From an uncultured candidate division Zixibacteria bacterium (GTDB lineage Bacteria; Zixibacteria; MSB-5A5; UBA10806): a stretch of DNA of 64,000 bases. The notes below the pieces were generated by a model. The model did not search any database and was not told where the DNA came from. It saw only the letters and a program-made list of their open reading frames with translations. This document shows positions 30,711 through 40,900 of this stretch, one piece after another; the stretch's first letter is position 1; every line of letters begins with the position of its first letter. The stretch is taken from NCBI GenBank assembly GCA_963817915.1, contig CAWFQL010000017.1:352001-416000 (forward strand), given 5' to 3'. The position numbers and the translations under genes were made by a program.

Positions 30711-32155
30711 TATTCTACCCTGGGCTCCTCAAGATTGATATAATCTACTTTTCCGAAATCGCTCAAATTGCCAACCTTGGATGTATCCGACAAAACCATA
30801 ATAGTCATTTTATCCGGTTGCAGATACTTTTCGGCGATAGATTTAATATCGTTGATTGTGACCGCCTTGACATTATCGAGATATTTCTGATAATAGTCTT
30901 TAGGATAGCCATTGTATTCCAGCATCATAAGGCTATTGACAATCTTATCCGGAGAATCGAACTGGAAAACAAAATTATTCAAATAAGCATCCCGCGCTGT
31001 TTCAAATTCGGCCTGGCTTGGAAGCTCTTTGCGAATTTTATTTATCTCTTGAGTGAATAATTCGAGAGCTCTATGAGTCGAGGCTATCTTGGTCTGAGTA
31101 TAGGCATAGAACAGGCCAAAATCCCTGCTGCTTGTCGAAAAACTTGATCCTACCGAATACGCCAACCCTTCGTCCGATCTTATTCGCGATGTCAGTCTCG
31201 ATGTGAAGCTGCCGCCGCCCAGAATATAGTTCATCAATGAAATCGCGTATCTGTCGGGATTGTCGCGCTTTACCCCCAATTGACCAATATAAATATTTGA
31301 CTGAGTCACCTGCTTATTAATCAGATAGACTCCCGGCTTGAATGAATAATCTACCGGCGGAATATTTGGAAGCTTTTGATCTGATTTGGCCCAATCACCG
31401 AAAAGACTTTTCAGTTTTTTAACCAGTTTATCAGAATTGAAATCGCCTGAAAATGCTATCATGATATTGTTGGGATAATAGTATTTGTCATGATAGGCTA
31501 TCAAATCATCTCTCTTGATATCCTTAACATATTTCCAATCCACCATCCGTCCATAAGGATGATCGCCGTAGAGCAGATGGCTGAATTCGCGCGAAATAAC
31601 CGAACCCGGCTGATCATTCCGACGACGAATAGATTCCCTGATCTGGGATTTGGCCAGATTTATCTTCGATGTATCAAACGATGGATAGCGAAGCACCTCT
31701 TCCAAAATCTTGAGTCCGATATCGAGGTCTTTCGACATCACAGACATCGATGCCGATCCTGATTCCGACCCGATACCGCTTTCGACCGATGCCGCCAGAA
31801 ATTCCAATAGCGAATTCAATGAATCGGGCGTGAATGATTTCGTGCCGCCGGTTCGCATAACCGACCCGGTTATGCCGCCGATTGCCATCTCATTGATGGG
31901 ATCATACGACGAACCGGTCCTTATCACGACCGACGCGCTGATTAACGGCAGTTCATGGTTTTCCATTAAAAATAGAATCATCCCGTTATCGAGCGTAATT
32001 CTCGCTACATCCTTGCCTATCTCCGGGAGCTTCCAATTGAGCTCATTGAATTTCATCCCGGCGATGACCTTGGAGCCGAGGGAGGCCTTGTCTTGAGCAA
32101 TGACATTTCCCGCTATGACGATTCCAATTAGTATGAAAATAGCTAATTTCTTCAT
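30710..32155 (-). CDS. M16 family peptidase, non-catalytic partner subunit, secreted
   Basis: Signal peptide, 'LDNGM', no HxxEH, 'ILGGGSFTSRL..RIRSDEGLAYSV'. Confidence 0.88.
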   Translation of the reverse strand: MKKLAIFILIGIVIAGNVIAQDKASLGSKVIAGMKFNELNWKLPEIGKDVARITLDNGMILFLMENHELPLISASVVIRTGSSYDPINEMAIGGITGSVMRTGGTKSFTPDSLNSLLEFLAASVESGIGSESGSASMSVMSKDLDIGLKILEEVLRYPSFDTSKINLAKSQIRESIRRRNDQPGSVISREFSHLLYGDHPYGRMVDWKYVKDIKRDDLIAYHDKYYYPNNIMIAFSGDFNSDKLVKKLKSLFGDWAKSDQKLPNIPPVDYSFKPGVYLINKQVTQSNIYIGQLGVKRDNPDRYAISLMNYILGGGSFTSRLTSRIRSDEGLAYSVGSSFSTSSRDFGLFYAYTQTKIASTHRALELFTQEINKIRKELPSQAEFETARDAYLNNFVFQFDSPDKIVNSLMMLEYNGYPKDYYQKYLDNVKAVTINDIKSIAEKYLQPDKMTIMVLSDTSKVGNLSDFGKVDYINLEEPRVE

Positions 32156-33726
32156 TTTGCCACCCCCTGAGCCGGATTCATTTTCTTGATATTCGAGGCT
32201 TCCGGTTTCGAATCGCCATTTTTTGGCTTAATTATGGTTGCGACTGTCCTATTTTTTTCGGTGAAATATTTGGCCATGACCCGCTTGATATCATCCGATG
32301 TGACTTTGCTCCGCAGTTCCTTTAGCTTCGTTATATATGTCCAGTCGCCAATCAACGCCTGCATGCTGGAAAGCCTGAACGCCATTCCCATATTTGATTG
32401 CATTCCGCGAATATATTCCGCTTCGAGTTGATTTCGTACACGAGTAAGTTCCCAATCGGTGGCGCCATCAGTTTGTAGTTTATTCATTTCCACGTATATC
32501 GCTTGTTCAACCTCGGCGACAGTGTGAGGCGCACGGGGAGACGCCGATATCGAAAACAGACTCGGCATTCTACCGAAATCGGATGACGCATAAATCGATG
32601 TCACGAGTTGTTGTTGCTCGACAAGGCTCTTGTATAGACGGCTTGTTCTTCCTCTTGAAAGAAGATAAGAAATAATATCGAACACTTCCTTATCCACCGC
32701 GCCGCCTGCCGGTTCGTGCCAGGCAATTACTAATTCGGGTTGAGCATCAAATTCGACTTCCACTCGCCGTTCGCCGGCTTGCTCCGGTTCAGCTGTCGTA
32801 ATTGCGGGAGGGGGAACTTTCGATGGCGGGATATGCTCGAAATAACGTCCCATCAATTTCACTACATCATCAAAATTCACATCGCCAACGATAGCAATAA
32901 TAGCGTTATTCGGTGAATAGTATTGATAATAAAATGATTCTACTTGTTCACGCAAAACAGTTTCGAGATCCGACGCCCATCCTACTACCGGCCATCGATA
33001 TGGACTTGCGGTAAAAGCCGTTGATGACAATTGCTCTTCGAGTTTGCCGTCGGGATCGTTGTCCGTTCTCAGGCGACGCTCTTCATATACAACATCGCGC
33101 TCAGAATAAAACTCCCGGAATATCGGATGCTCCATGCGGTCAGATTCAAGATAGGCCCAGAGCTCGAGCTTATTTGATGGCAACGATACGAAATATTGAG
33201 TGCCATCGTTGCTGGTAGAGGCGTTAAGATTGTTGCCGCCGTTCTTTAGATATGTTTCCCAGAGTTCATCCTTAACAGTGTATTGCTTTTCGGTTTCCTG
33301 TATCTTGGCAATCAATGCCTTAAGCGAATCGACCTTCTCATTTCCGCCCCTGTACAATGGATTGCGGGTTTCCACGACTGCCGCGGTCAATTGATGGGCC
33401 AGCGTATCGATACGCGACATCAGCGGCACTTCGGCATCATAGTTGGTTGTGCCGATATTTTCCGTGCCCTTAAATAGCATATGCTCCAAAAGATGGGCGC
33501 TTCCGGTAATTCCCGGTTTTTCGTCCGCGCTTCCCACTTTAAATCGGACAAGGCAAGTCACGGTGGGGGAAAGGTGTCTTTCTACCACCAATAGCTGCAA
33601 CCCGTTAGAATAAGTATGGGTTTTGACATTCAAATCAACCGATTTTGTCGGCTGAACTTTAGCGTTTCCGGCAGCAATCCAGATAAAAATAAAGAGCGTC
33701 GGAAAGATGATAAGACGTTTAAGCAT
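32152..33726 (-). CDS. M16 family zinc peptidase, catalytic subunit, secreted
   Basis: Start ATG 33726 after SD aggagg; signal peptide; 'GSAHLLEHMLFKGT', 'NASTS.D.T.Y', 'ERDVVYEERRLR'. Confidence 0.92.
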   Translation of the reverse strand: MLKRLIIFPTLFIFIWIAAGNAKVQPTKSVDLNVKTHTYSNGLQLLVVERHLSPTVTCLVRFKVGSADEKPGITGSAHLLEHMLFKGTENIGTTNYDAEVPLMSRIDTLAHQLTAAVVETRNPLYRGGNEKVDSLKALIAKIQETEKQYTVKDELWETYLKNGGNNLNASTSNDGTQYFVSLPSNKLELWAYLESDRMEHPIFREFYSERDVVYEERRLRTDNDPDGKLEEQLSSTAFTASPYRWPVVGWASDLETVLREQVESFYYQYYSPNNAIIAIVGDVNFDDVVKLMGRYFEHIPPSKVPPPAITTAEPEQAGERRVEVEFDAQPELVIAWHEPAGGAVDKEVFDIISYLLSRGRTSRLYKSLVEQQQLVTSIYASSDFGRMPSLFSISASPRAPHTVAEVEQAIYVEMNKLQTDGATDWELTRVRNQLEAEYIRGMQSNMGMAFRLSSMQALIGDWTYITKLKELRSKVTSDDIKRVMAKYFTEKNRTVATIIKPKNGDSKPEASNIKKMNPAQGVAK

Positions 33727-33771
33727 CAATCGCCTCCTAAGGCTTTTTAAGAAAAAATTCATTGTGCGCTG

Positions 33772-33800
33772 ATTATAACTAATGTAATTATCCAATTCAA
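33772..33800 (-). promoter_or_regulatory. Sigma70-type promoter of the M16-M16-NUDIX-yqgF-mltG operon
   Basis: Minus strand TTGAAT (33800-33795), 17 nt, TATAAT (33777-33772). Confidence 0.6.
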
Positions 33801-33898
33801 GTGATTTGCCTGACGCCGAATCGATAAGCTCTAAAAAATGGACTTGAATACATCTTGCTTGACAAAACTCTATAAATGTTTTGTTTAGGTTCTCTGCG

Positions 33899-35254
33899 AT
33901 GAATCACTTAACCAGCCAGGAACTCAGCCCTAAGGAAATGCGCCGAATTATCTACGCTCTGGCATTTCCGATAGTCGGTACCAATCTTCTGCTTCGAGGC
34001 GTGGGCATAGTCGATACGGCTATTGTAGGACATATATCCGCGCAAGCCCAATCGGCTGTTGGAATGTCTCAATGGATCACAAGCCTCATGCTTACGGTCA
34101 TGCAGGGCATAGGTCTTGGCGGCACTATTAAGGTAGCCTTTTACACCGGTTCCACCGATGAAAAAAGCCGTGTCGCCGCTGCTGATACTACCTTCTGGAT
34201 GGGGATAATCGGCGCGATTCTAATGACCGCAGTCGGTTTGTTGTTTACCCGCCCGCTGGCATTCGCCATGGGAGCCAGTGAAGAGCTTTATAAAGAAGTA
34301 AATTCCTATATGCTTATTATCAGTCTTTTCTTCATCGGAAAGGGCATAATTCAATCGGTCAGTGGCATCTTCCAGGGCTTCGGCGATACCAAAACACCAT
34401 TTAGAGTGATAGTAGCCGTAAATATAGTTCATATATTTATCGCATATGCCTTTGCTTTTGGCGCTTGGGGATTTCCCCGTCTGGAAATAAAAGGCGTGGC
34501 ATTGGCAACAGGCATTTCCGAAACTATGGGCGCAATCTTCCTGACATTCCTTGCCTACAAAAAGAATCTACTTAGCTTTAAATTCCATTCATTCGAGCAT
34601 TTGAAGGATATCGTCAAATTGGGTTTGCCGGTTTTCGGTGAACGGGCTCTTACCACAACTATGCAAATGATCTATACCAGCATGGTGCTGACAACATCTA
34701 TGAGCGCTTATGCCGCGCACTCGGTTGGCATGGTTATCGAATCTATTTCGTGGCTGCCCGGCTTTGGTTTCGCACAGTCAGTCACGACATTGGTGGGCCA
34801 GAATCTCGGCGCCAAGATGCCGCATAGGGCCAAGAAATTTTCCAACCAGGCGCTTTTAATCGTGGTAGTGATCATGGGGCTGGTCGGAACAACATTCTGG
34901 TTTTTTCCAAAGCTCTGGATGGGGATGTTCTCGAACGATCCCGAAGTAATTAGATATGGTACGCTTTATTGCAAAATCATCGCGTTCTCCCAGATTCCAA
35001 CAAGCCTGACCATGATGCTTGCCGGCTCTCTCAGGGGAGCGGGACAAACTTCATGGGTCATGTACAGTACTCTGATCGGTGGATGGGTTATTCGCCTGCC
35101 GATGGCGTATATTCTCGGCCGCTATTTGAATCTTGGTATATTTTATATCTGGCTTGCAATGCCCATTGATTGGGGTGTGCGTACAATTGCGCTATATATA
35201 AAGTATACCAGCACCAAATGGCATGAAAAACGCTCGTCTTCTATATCGAACTGA
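33899..35254 (+). CDS. MATE family efflux transporter
   Basis: About 12 TM helices; 'LAFP', 'VDTAIVG', 'QGFGDTKTP', 'GVALAT', 'LVGQNLGA', 'GSLRGAGQT'. Confidence 0.92.
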   Translation: MNHLTSQELSPKEMRRIIYALAFPIVGTNLLLRGVGIVDTAIVGHISAQAQSAVGMSQWITSLMLTVMQGIGLGGTIKVAFYTGSTDEKSRVAAADTTFWMGIIGAILMTAVGLLFTRPLAFAMGASEELYKEVNSYMLIISLFFIGKGIIQSVSGIFQGFGDTKTPFRVIVAVNIVHIFIAYAFAFGAWGFPRLEIKGVALATGISETMGAIFLTFLAYKKNLLSFKFHSFEHLKDIVKLGLPVFGERALTTTMQMIYTSMVLTTSMSAYAAHSVGMVIESISWLPGFGFAQSVTTLVGQNLGAKMPHRAKKFSNQALLIVVVIMGLVGTTFWFFPKLWMGMFSNDPEVIRYGTLYCKIIAFSQIPTSLTMMLAGSLRGAGQTSWVMYSTLIGGWVIRLPMAYILGRYLNLGIFYIWLAMPIDWGVRTIALYIKYTSTKWHEKRSSSISN

Positions 35255-35292
35255 TTATAATTCAATGACTTGTCAGCAATAATGAATTTACG

Positions 35293-35319
35293 TAATTAAT
35301 TTGAATTATTTGCCGATAA
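35293..35319 (+). promoter_or_regulatory. Sigma28 (FliA/WhiG)-type promoter
   Basis: TAAT (35293-35296), 15 nt, GCCGATAA (35312-35319); the consensus is TAAA-N15-GCCGATAA. Confidence 0.55.
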
Positions 35320-35338
35320 CTTCAATGGAGACAATGAT

Positions 35339-35710
35339 ATGGGTACAAGAAAAATTCTAATAGTAGACGACAACCCCAATATGTCAACATTGTTATCGGA
35401 TATTCTGGAGATATTCGATTATCGGGGTTTTCATGCTGGCGATGGCCGCGAAGCATTGGACAGTCTGAAAAAAGATAATTACGATCTTGTCTTTACCGAC
35501 TTAAGAATGCCCAATATGGATGGCTACGATCTGCTGAAAGCAATCAAATCTGATCATCCCGAAATGCCGGTTGTAGTAGTAACCGGCTATAGTGTCGCCG
35601 ACACCCAGGACGAAATGCTCTCCCAAAATGCTGATGGATTCCTGCATAAGCCATTTAAAGTAGACGAAATTCAATCGCTGCTGACAAGACTGCTCGGTTT
35701 ACCCGGCTAA
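35339..35710 (+). CDS. Single-domain CheY-like response regulator
   Basis: 'ILIVDDN', 'DLVFTDLRMPNMDG', 'VVTG', 'FLHKPF'; no output domain. Confidence 0.93.
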   Translation: MGTRKILIVDDNPNMSTLLSDILEIFDYRGFHAGDGREALDSLKKDNYDLVFTDLRMPNMDGYDLLKAIKSDHPEMPVVVVTGYSVADTQDEMLSQNADGFLHKPFKVDEIQSLLTRLLGLPG

Positions 35711-35739
35711 GGTTATTTAGCATTATACCCAAAAAACCT

Positions 35740-35768
35740 TTGCCTGCCAGTCAGGCTTTTTTTATAAT
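35740..35768 (+). promoter_or_regulatory. Sigma70-type promoter of the yggS operon
   Basis: TTGCCT (35740-35745), 17 nt, TATAAT (35763-35768). Confidence 0.6.
35742..35763 (+). terminator. Short intrinsic terminator after the response regulator
   Basis: gcctg-ccagt-caggc hairpin followed by a T run. Confidence 0.55.
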
Positions 35769-35779
35769 TACGAGTTAAA

Positions 35780-36469
35780 ATGGAATGGGAACGAATTGCC
35801 GCTAATCTTAATGCGGTCAAGGAGAGGGTAAATTTTCGTTGCCAGAAGAATGCGATCGACCCGGCGGGAATAGTAATAATTGGAATCTCCAAAGGATTTC
35901 CGGCGGAGGCGGCGTCGGCCGCAATAAAGGCGGGATTGAAGCAGTTGGGCGAGAATAAAGTACAGGAAGCCGAAATGAAGATTCCATTGGTGAAACCGAG
36001 GCCGCAATGGCACATGGTAGGGCATCTTCAAAAAAATAAGGTGAAAAAGGCGTTGGAAATATTTGATTGTATTCAATCGGTGGACAGCCTCGACCTTGCT
36101 AAAATGATATCGGATCATTCCCAGAGATCGAACAGGATTGCTGAAATCTATCTTCAGGTTAATTCGTCATTCGAAAAATCAAAAAGCGGATTTAATCCGG
36201 CAGAGATTCTATCAGAGGCCGATGAGATAAAAAAGCTTGGCGGGCTAAAAATTCGAGGCCTGATGACTATTGGCCCGTTGACCGAAAACACTCAAATAAT
36301 TGAAAAAAGCTTTTCATTAACAAAGGAATTGTTCGATAATCTTAAAGGTATCGTTGGCGAGGGGTTTTCAAGGCTCAGCATGGGGATGTCGGCTGATTTC
36401 GAATTAGCCATTGACCATGGAGCCAATGTTTTAAGGATCGGCACCGCCATTTTCGGCGCCAGAAATTGA
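35780..36469 (+). CDS. yggS: PLP homeostasis protein (YggS/PROSC)
   Basis: 'ISK', 'GENKVQEA', 'WHMVGHLQKNK', 'GLMTI', 'LSMGMS.DFE.AI..GA..LRIGTAIFG'. Confidence 0.95.
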   Translation: MEWERIAANLNAVKERVNFRCQKNAIDPAGIVIIGISKGFPAEAASAAIKAGLKQLGENKVQEAEMKIPLVKPRPQWHMVGHLQKNKVKKALEIFDCIQSVDSLDLAKMISDHSQRSNRIAEIYLQVNSSFEKSKSGFNPAEILSEADEIKKLGGLKIRGLMTIGPLTENTQIIEKSFSLTKELFDNLKGIVGEGFSRLSMGMSADFELAIDHGANVLRIGTAIFGARN

Positions 36470-36488
36470 TCGGATCAAAGGAGGCGAA

Positions 36489-37079
36489 ATGAAAATTTCC
36501 CCTTTAGAAATTAAGAAGCAGGAATTTGCCAAAAAATTCAAGGGCTATGATCCTGAAGAGGTTCAGTCTTTTTTGGAAATGGTTTCCGGAGAGATGGAGG
36601 ATGCCTTAAAACGCAACGTGGAATTGGAGGACAAGGTCAGATTCCTCGAAGAAAAACTTGCCCATTATTCCCGCATGGAAAATGTCATGCATGAGACTCT
36701 GATGACTACCAAGAAATCGGCCGAGGAAATAAAAGCGAATGCCGAAAAAATGGCTGAATCAATATTAATCGAAGCCAAATTAAAATCCGAGGAAGTATTG
36801 TCTCATGCCCGCGAAAAGCTAATTGATATTCGCCGCGAATTGGGCGATTTGAAAAATAAAAAGGAATCATTCCTCGCGGGTTTCAGGTCATTATTGGAAA
36901 CTCAAAAATCTCTGCTTGATATTATTGAAAAAAAATCCGAAACTGAACCGAATGTCGGTTCGATCAAATTGAAGAGCGACATTTCCGACGAGGACCTTGA
37001 TAAGGTAATAAACGATTTTGAGATAAAAATGAAAACGGAAGCTAATTCGCCTAATAATATCCCGGGCGGTTCTGACTGA
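36489..37079 (+). CDS. divIVA: DivIVA-domain coiled-coil protein
   Basis: 'ISPLEIKKQEFAKKFKGYDPEEVQSFL' followed by a long coiled coil. Confidence 0.88.
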   Translation: MKISPLEIKKQEFAKKFKGYDPEEVQSFLEMVSGEMEDALKRNVELEDKVRFLEEKLAHYSRMENVMHETLMTTKKSAEEIKANAEKMAESILIEAKLKSEEVLSHAREKLIDIRRELGDLKNKKESFLAGFRSLLETQKSLLDIIEKKSETEPNVGSIKLKSDISDEDLDKVINDFEIKMKTEANSPNNIPGGSD

Positions 37080-37091
37080 GAGGAATTTTAA

Positions 37092-37916
37092 ATGGATTTG
37101 CAGGCTAAGATCAAAGAGACAGTCAGTTATATTAGAACTCAAACTAAAGCGTCTTCGTCAATCGGCATCATATTAGGTACCGGATTAGGCGCGCTGGCTG
37201 ACGAAATAAAAAAAGAAACGGTTATAACTTATGATAAAATCCCCAATTTCCCGGTAAGCACTGTTGAATCCCATGCCGGTAAATTGCTCTTCGGCAAACT
37301 TGGCGGCAAAGACGTCGTTGCCATGCAGGGCAGGTTCCATTACTATGAGGGATACGATCTTATACAGGTGACATTTCCAGTGCGAGTCATGAAGGAATTG
37401 GGAGTAAAAATATTGATAGTCTCGAATGCCTGCGGAGGTCTCAATCCCCAATTTACAGTCGGCGAATTGGTGCTGATAACCGATCACATTAATTTGCAGG
37501 GGAATAATCCGCTTATGGGTCGCAACGATGATAAAATGGGCTCCAGATTCCCGGATATGTTCAATTGCTACGATAAGGGACTTCGCGATCTGGCAGAGCA
37601 AACCGCGCTCGATGAAAAGGTACCGTTGCAAAAAGGTGTTTATGTGGGTGTTAGCGGTCCTAATCTCGAAACCGGCGCCGAATATCGCTTTCTGCGAATT
37701 ATAGGCGGCGATATGGTCGGAATGTCGACTGTTCCTGAAGTTCTTGTTGCGCGCCATCAGGGTACCAAGGTTCTCGGATTTTCCATGGTCACCGATATGG
37801 GCTTACCCGACGCTCAAGAAGAATGCAGCCACGAAAAAATAGTTGCCGCTGCCAACAAAGCCGAACCGAAAATGACTAAACTTGTAAGTAAAATTGTTGA
37901 GAGGATGAAGATTTAA
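37092..37916 (+). CDS. punA: Purine nucleoside phosphorylase (trimeric type)
   Basis: 'IILGTGLG', 'STVESHAG', 'QGRFHYYEG', 'SNACGGLN', 'GPNLET.AE', 'VGMSTVPE'. Confidence 0.93.
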   Translation: MDLQAKIKETVSYIRTQTKASSSIGIILGTGLGALADEIKKETVITYDKIPNFPVSTVESHAGKLLFGKLGGKDVVAMQGRFHYYEGYDLIQVTFPVRVMKELGVKILIVSNACGGLNPQFTVGELVLITDHINLQGNNPLMGRNDDKMGSRFPDMFNCYDKGLRDLAEQTALDEKVPLQKGVYVGVSGPNLETGAEYRFLRIIGGDMVGMSTVPEVLVARHQGTKVLGFSMVTDMGLPDAQEECSHEKIVAAANKAEPKMTKLVSKIVERMKI

Positions 37917-37921
37917 CTATC

Positions 37922-40900
37922 ATGTCAGAGCTTTACCGTCCAATCAATGGAGAATTCAATTTTCTCGCGAGAGAAGATGAAATAAATAAATTCTGGGAGA
38001 GTAACTCGATTTTCCAGAAATCGTTAAAAAACCGCGAATCATCGCCACGCTATATATTCTATGAAGGGCCGCCCACTGCCAACGGTCTTCCGCATATTGG
38101 TCATGCCCTGTCTCGTACTATCAAAGATGTAATCTGCCGCTACAAGACGATGAAAGGTTTCCTTGTAGATCGTAAGGCAGGATGGGATACCCACGGGCTG
38201 CCTGTTGAACTCGAAATAGAAAAGGTACTCGGCTTCAATACGAAGGACGAAATCGAAAAATACGGTATTGAGAAATTCAATGCCGAATGCAAGAAATCGG
38301 TCTTCAAGTACAAGACCGAATGGGATGACTTTACTCGAAAACTCGGCTACTGGCTCGATCTCTCGAATCCTTATATCACTTACACCAATGATTACATCGA
38401 GACAGTCTGGTGGATTTTGCGTCAATTCTGGGACAAAGAGCTTCTATATAAAGGGCATAAAATTCTTCCCTGGTGTCCTCGATGCGAGACCGCGCTGTCA
38501 TCGCACGAAGTGGCTCAAGGATACAAAGAAGTTTCTGATCCATCGATATTCGTGACGATGAAGCTTATCGACAAGCCTGATACTTATTTTCTGGTATGGA
38601 CTACTACACCTTGGACTTTGATTTCCAATGTTGCCATTGCTATGAGCCCCAATGAAACTTATGTCACCGTCAAGCATGGTGATAAAAAACTCATTCTGGC
38701 CGAAGCGAGGCTTAGTGTTTTGCCTGAGGCGTATGAGATAATCGATCGCAATTTAGGCAAGGAATATGACGGCGTAAAATACGAGCCATTATATAATTTC
38801 TATAAAGTCGAAAAAGGGCATTTCGCGGCTATGGCCGATTTTGTAACAATGGAAGATGGCTCTGGAATTGTCCATATGGCTCCCGCGTTTGGTGCTGATG
38901 ACTACGAGCTCGGGCGGAAAGCAGGGCTTTCCATTATCCAGGCTGTGAATATCGAAGGCAATTTCCTTCCTGAAGTCAAGCCTTGGGCCGGATGGTTTGT
39001 TAAAAAAGCCGATCCTGAGATTATTAAAGATTTGCAGAAACGCGGCCTGTTACTTTTCGAACAAAGATATGTTCACAACTACCCATTCTGCTGGAGATGC
39101 GATTCACCTCTTCTATATTATGCGCGTTCATCATGGTTTATAAAGACGACTGCGTTCAAAGATCAGATGATTGCCGCCAATAACGAAATTAAATGGTATC
39201 CCGCTGAAATCGGCAAGGGGCGTTTCGGCGAATGGCTTGAAAATAATATAGATTGGGCATTGTCGCGTGAACGATATTGGGGGACACCCTTACCGGTCTG
39301 GATTTGCCCTAAATGCCAGAAACAGCATTGCGTAGGCTCAATCGACGAATTGCGCAAAATGGCTATTGATTTCCCGCGGGAACTCGACCTTCATCGCCCC
39401 TATATCGACAGAATACACATCAAGTGTCCTGCATGCGGCGAAAAAATGGAACGTGTAACCGAAGTAATTGATACCTGGTTTGATTCGGGCTCGATGCCAT
39501 ACGGGCAGGAGCATTATCCATTCGAACACAAAGATGAATTCGAAAGTCGATATTTCCCGGCGGATTTTATCGCCGAAGGTCTCGATCAGACTCGCGGCTG
39601 GTTTTATTCCATGCTGGCTATTTCGATATTTATTTCCGGCCGTTCCAGCTATAAGAGTTGTATCGTAAATAACATGGTGCTTGATTCTGAAGGCCGCAAG
39701 ATGTCGAAAAGATTGGGAAATTCGGTTGACCCCAAAAAGCTCTTGATCGAATATGGGGCGGATGCTGTCAGATGGTATCTTATGAGTTCTTCGCAGGTTT
39801 GGCTTCCGAAAAAATTTGATAAGGAAGCATTGACGGAAATTATTAGACGTTTCTTCTCGACATTCCAAAATAGCTATTCATTCTATGCCTTATATGCCAA
39901 TATCGATAATTTCAAACCCCAGGCAAATAATCCGCCTGTCAATCAGAGGCCGTCAATCGATCGTTGGATTATATCGCGGTTAAATGGATTGATCGCCGAG
40001 GTTGATGATTCTTACACCCAGAACGATATCACTCGCGGCGCGCGGGCCATCGCTGATTTTACAGTCGATGATCTTTCCAACTGGTATGTCAGACGCAACC
40101 GCCGACGTTACTGGGGCTCTAAAGACGATATCGATAAAAAGGCGGCCTATCAGACCCTCTATGATTGCTTGCTGACAGTCTGCAGACTCTCTGCGCCATT
40201 GGCGCCATTTATGTCCGATGATATCTATCGTCGCCTGACAGAAAATCTTGGCAATTACCCTGAATCGATTCACCTCAATGATTTCCCCATAGCGGATTCA
40301 AGTCTTCGCGATAAGGCTCTCGAAGATGAAATGGATATCGCACGACGAGTGGTGGAGTTGGGACGTGCCGCCAGAAAAGAATCCAAGATGAAAGTCCGTC
40401 AGCCTCTGGCCAGAATGGTTATCATGGGTCTTTCATCTACCGAATGCGATATGCTGAAGAAAATGGATTCCATCGTGCTGGAAGAAATAAATGTCAAAAA
40501 ACTCGATTTCGATAAAAAAGAAGAAATCTATTTTACCATGCATGCCGAGCCAGATTTCAAGAAAATTGGTCCAAAATTCGGCGCAAGGGCTAAGGACATC
40601 GCAAATTCAATCAAGGCATTGGCAAGAGATCAGATAGTCCAACTCACCAAAGATGGAAAGCTATCCATTGGGTATGACGGCTCTGCCGCAACAATCGATC
40701 CTGAAGATGCTAGAATCAAGATTGTCTCTATGGACGGTTTCTCTGTCAGCTCCGATGGCCGTGTTAAAGTCGCATTGGACCTGGCGCTGAACGATAATCT
40801 TTTGGCCGAAGGTAACGCTCGCGAGCTGGTCAACAAAATTCAAAATTTGAGAAAGACCGCCGGTTTGCAGGTAACAGATAGAATATCGCTTGGTATATCT

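Noticed and set aside
37185..40836. Long antisense and alternate-frame ORFs (e.g. 37185-37757, 39338-39868; likewise 21261-21791 and 49737-50243 elsewhere)
   Set aside because: They lie within well-conserved genes, have no recognisable motifs and are best explained as shadow ORFs.
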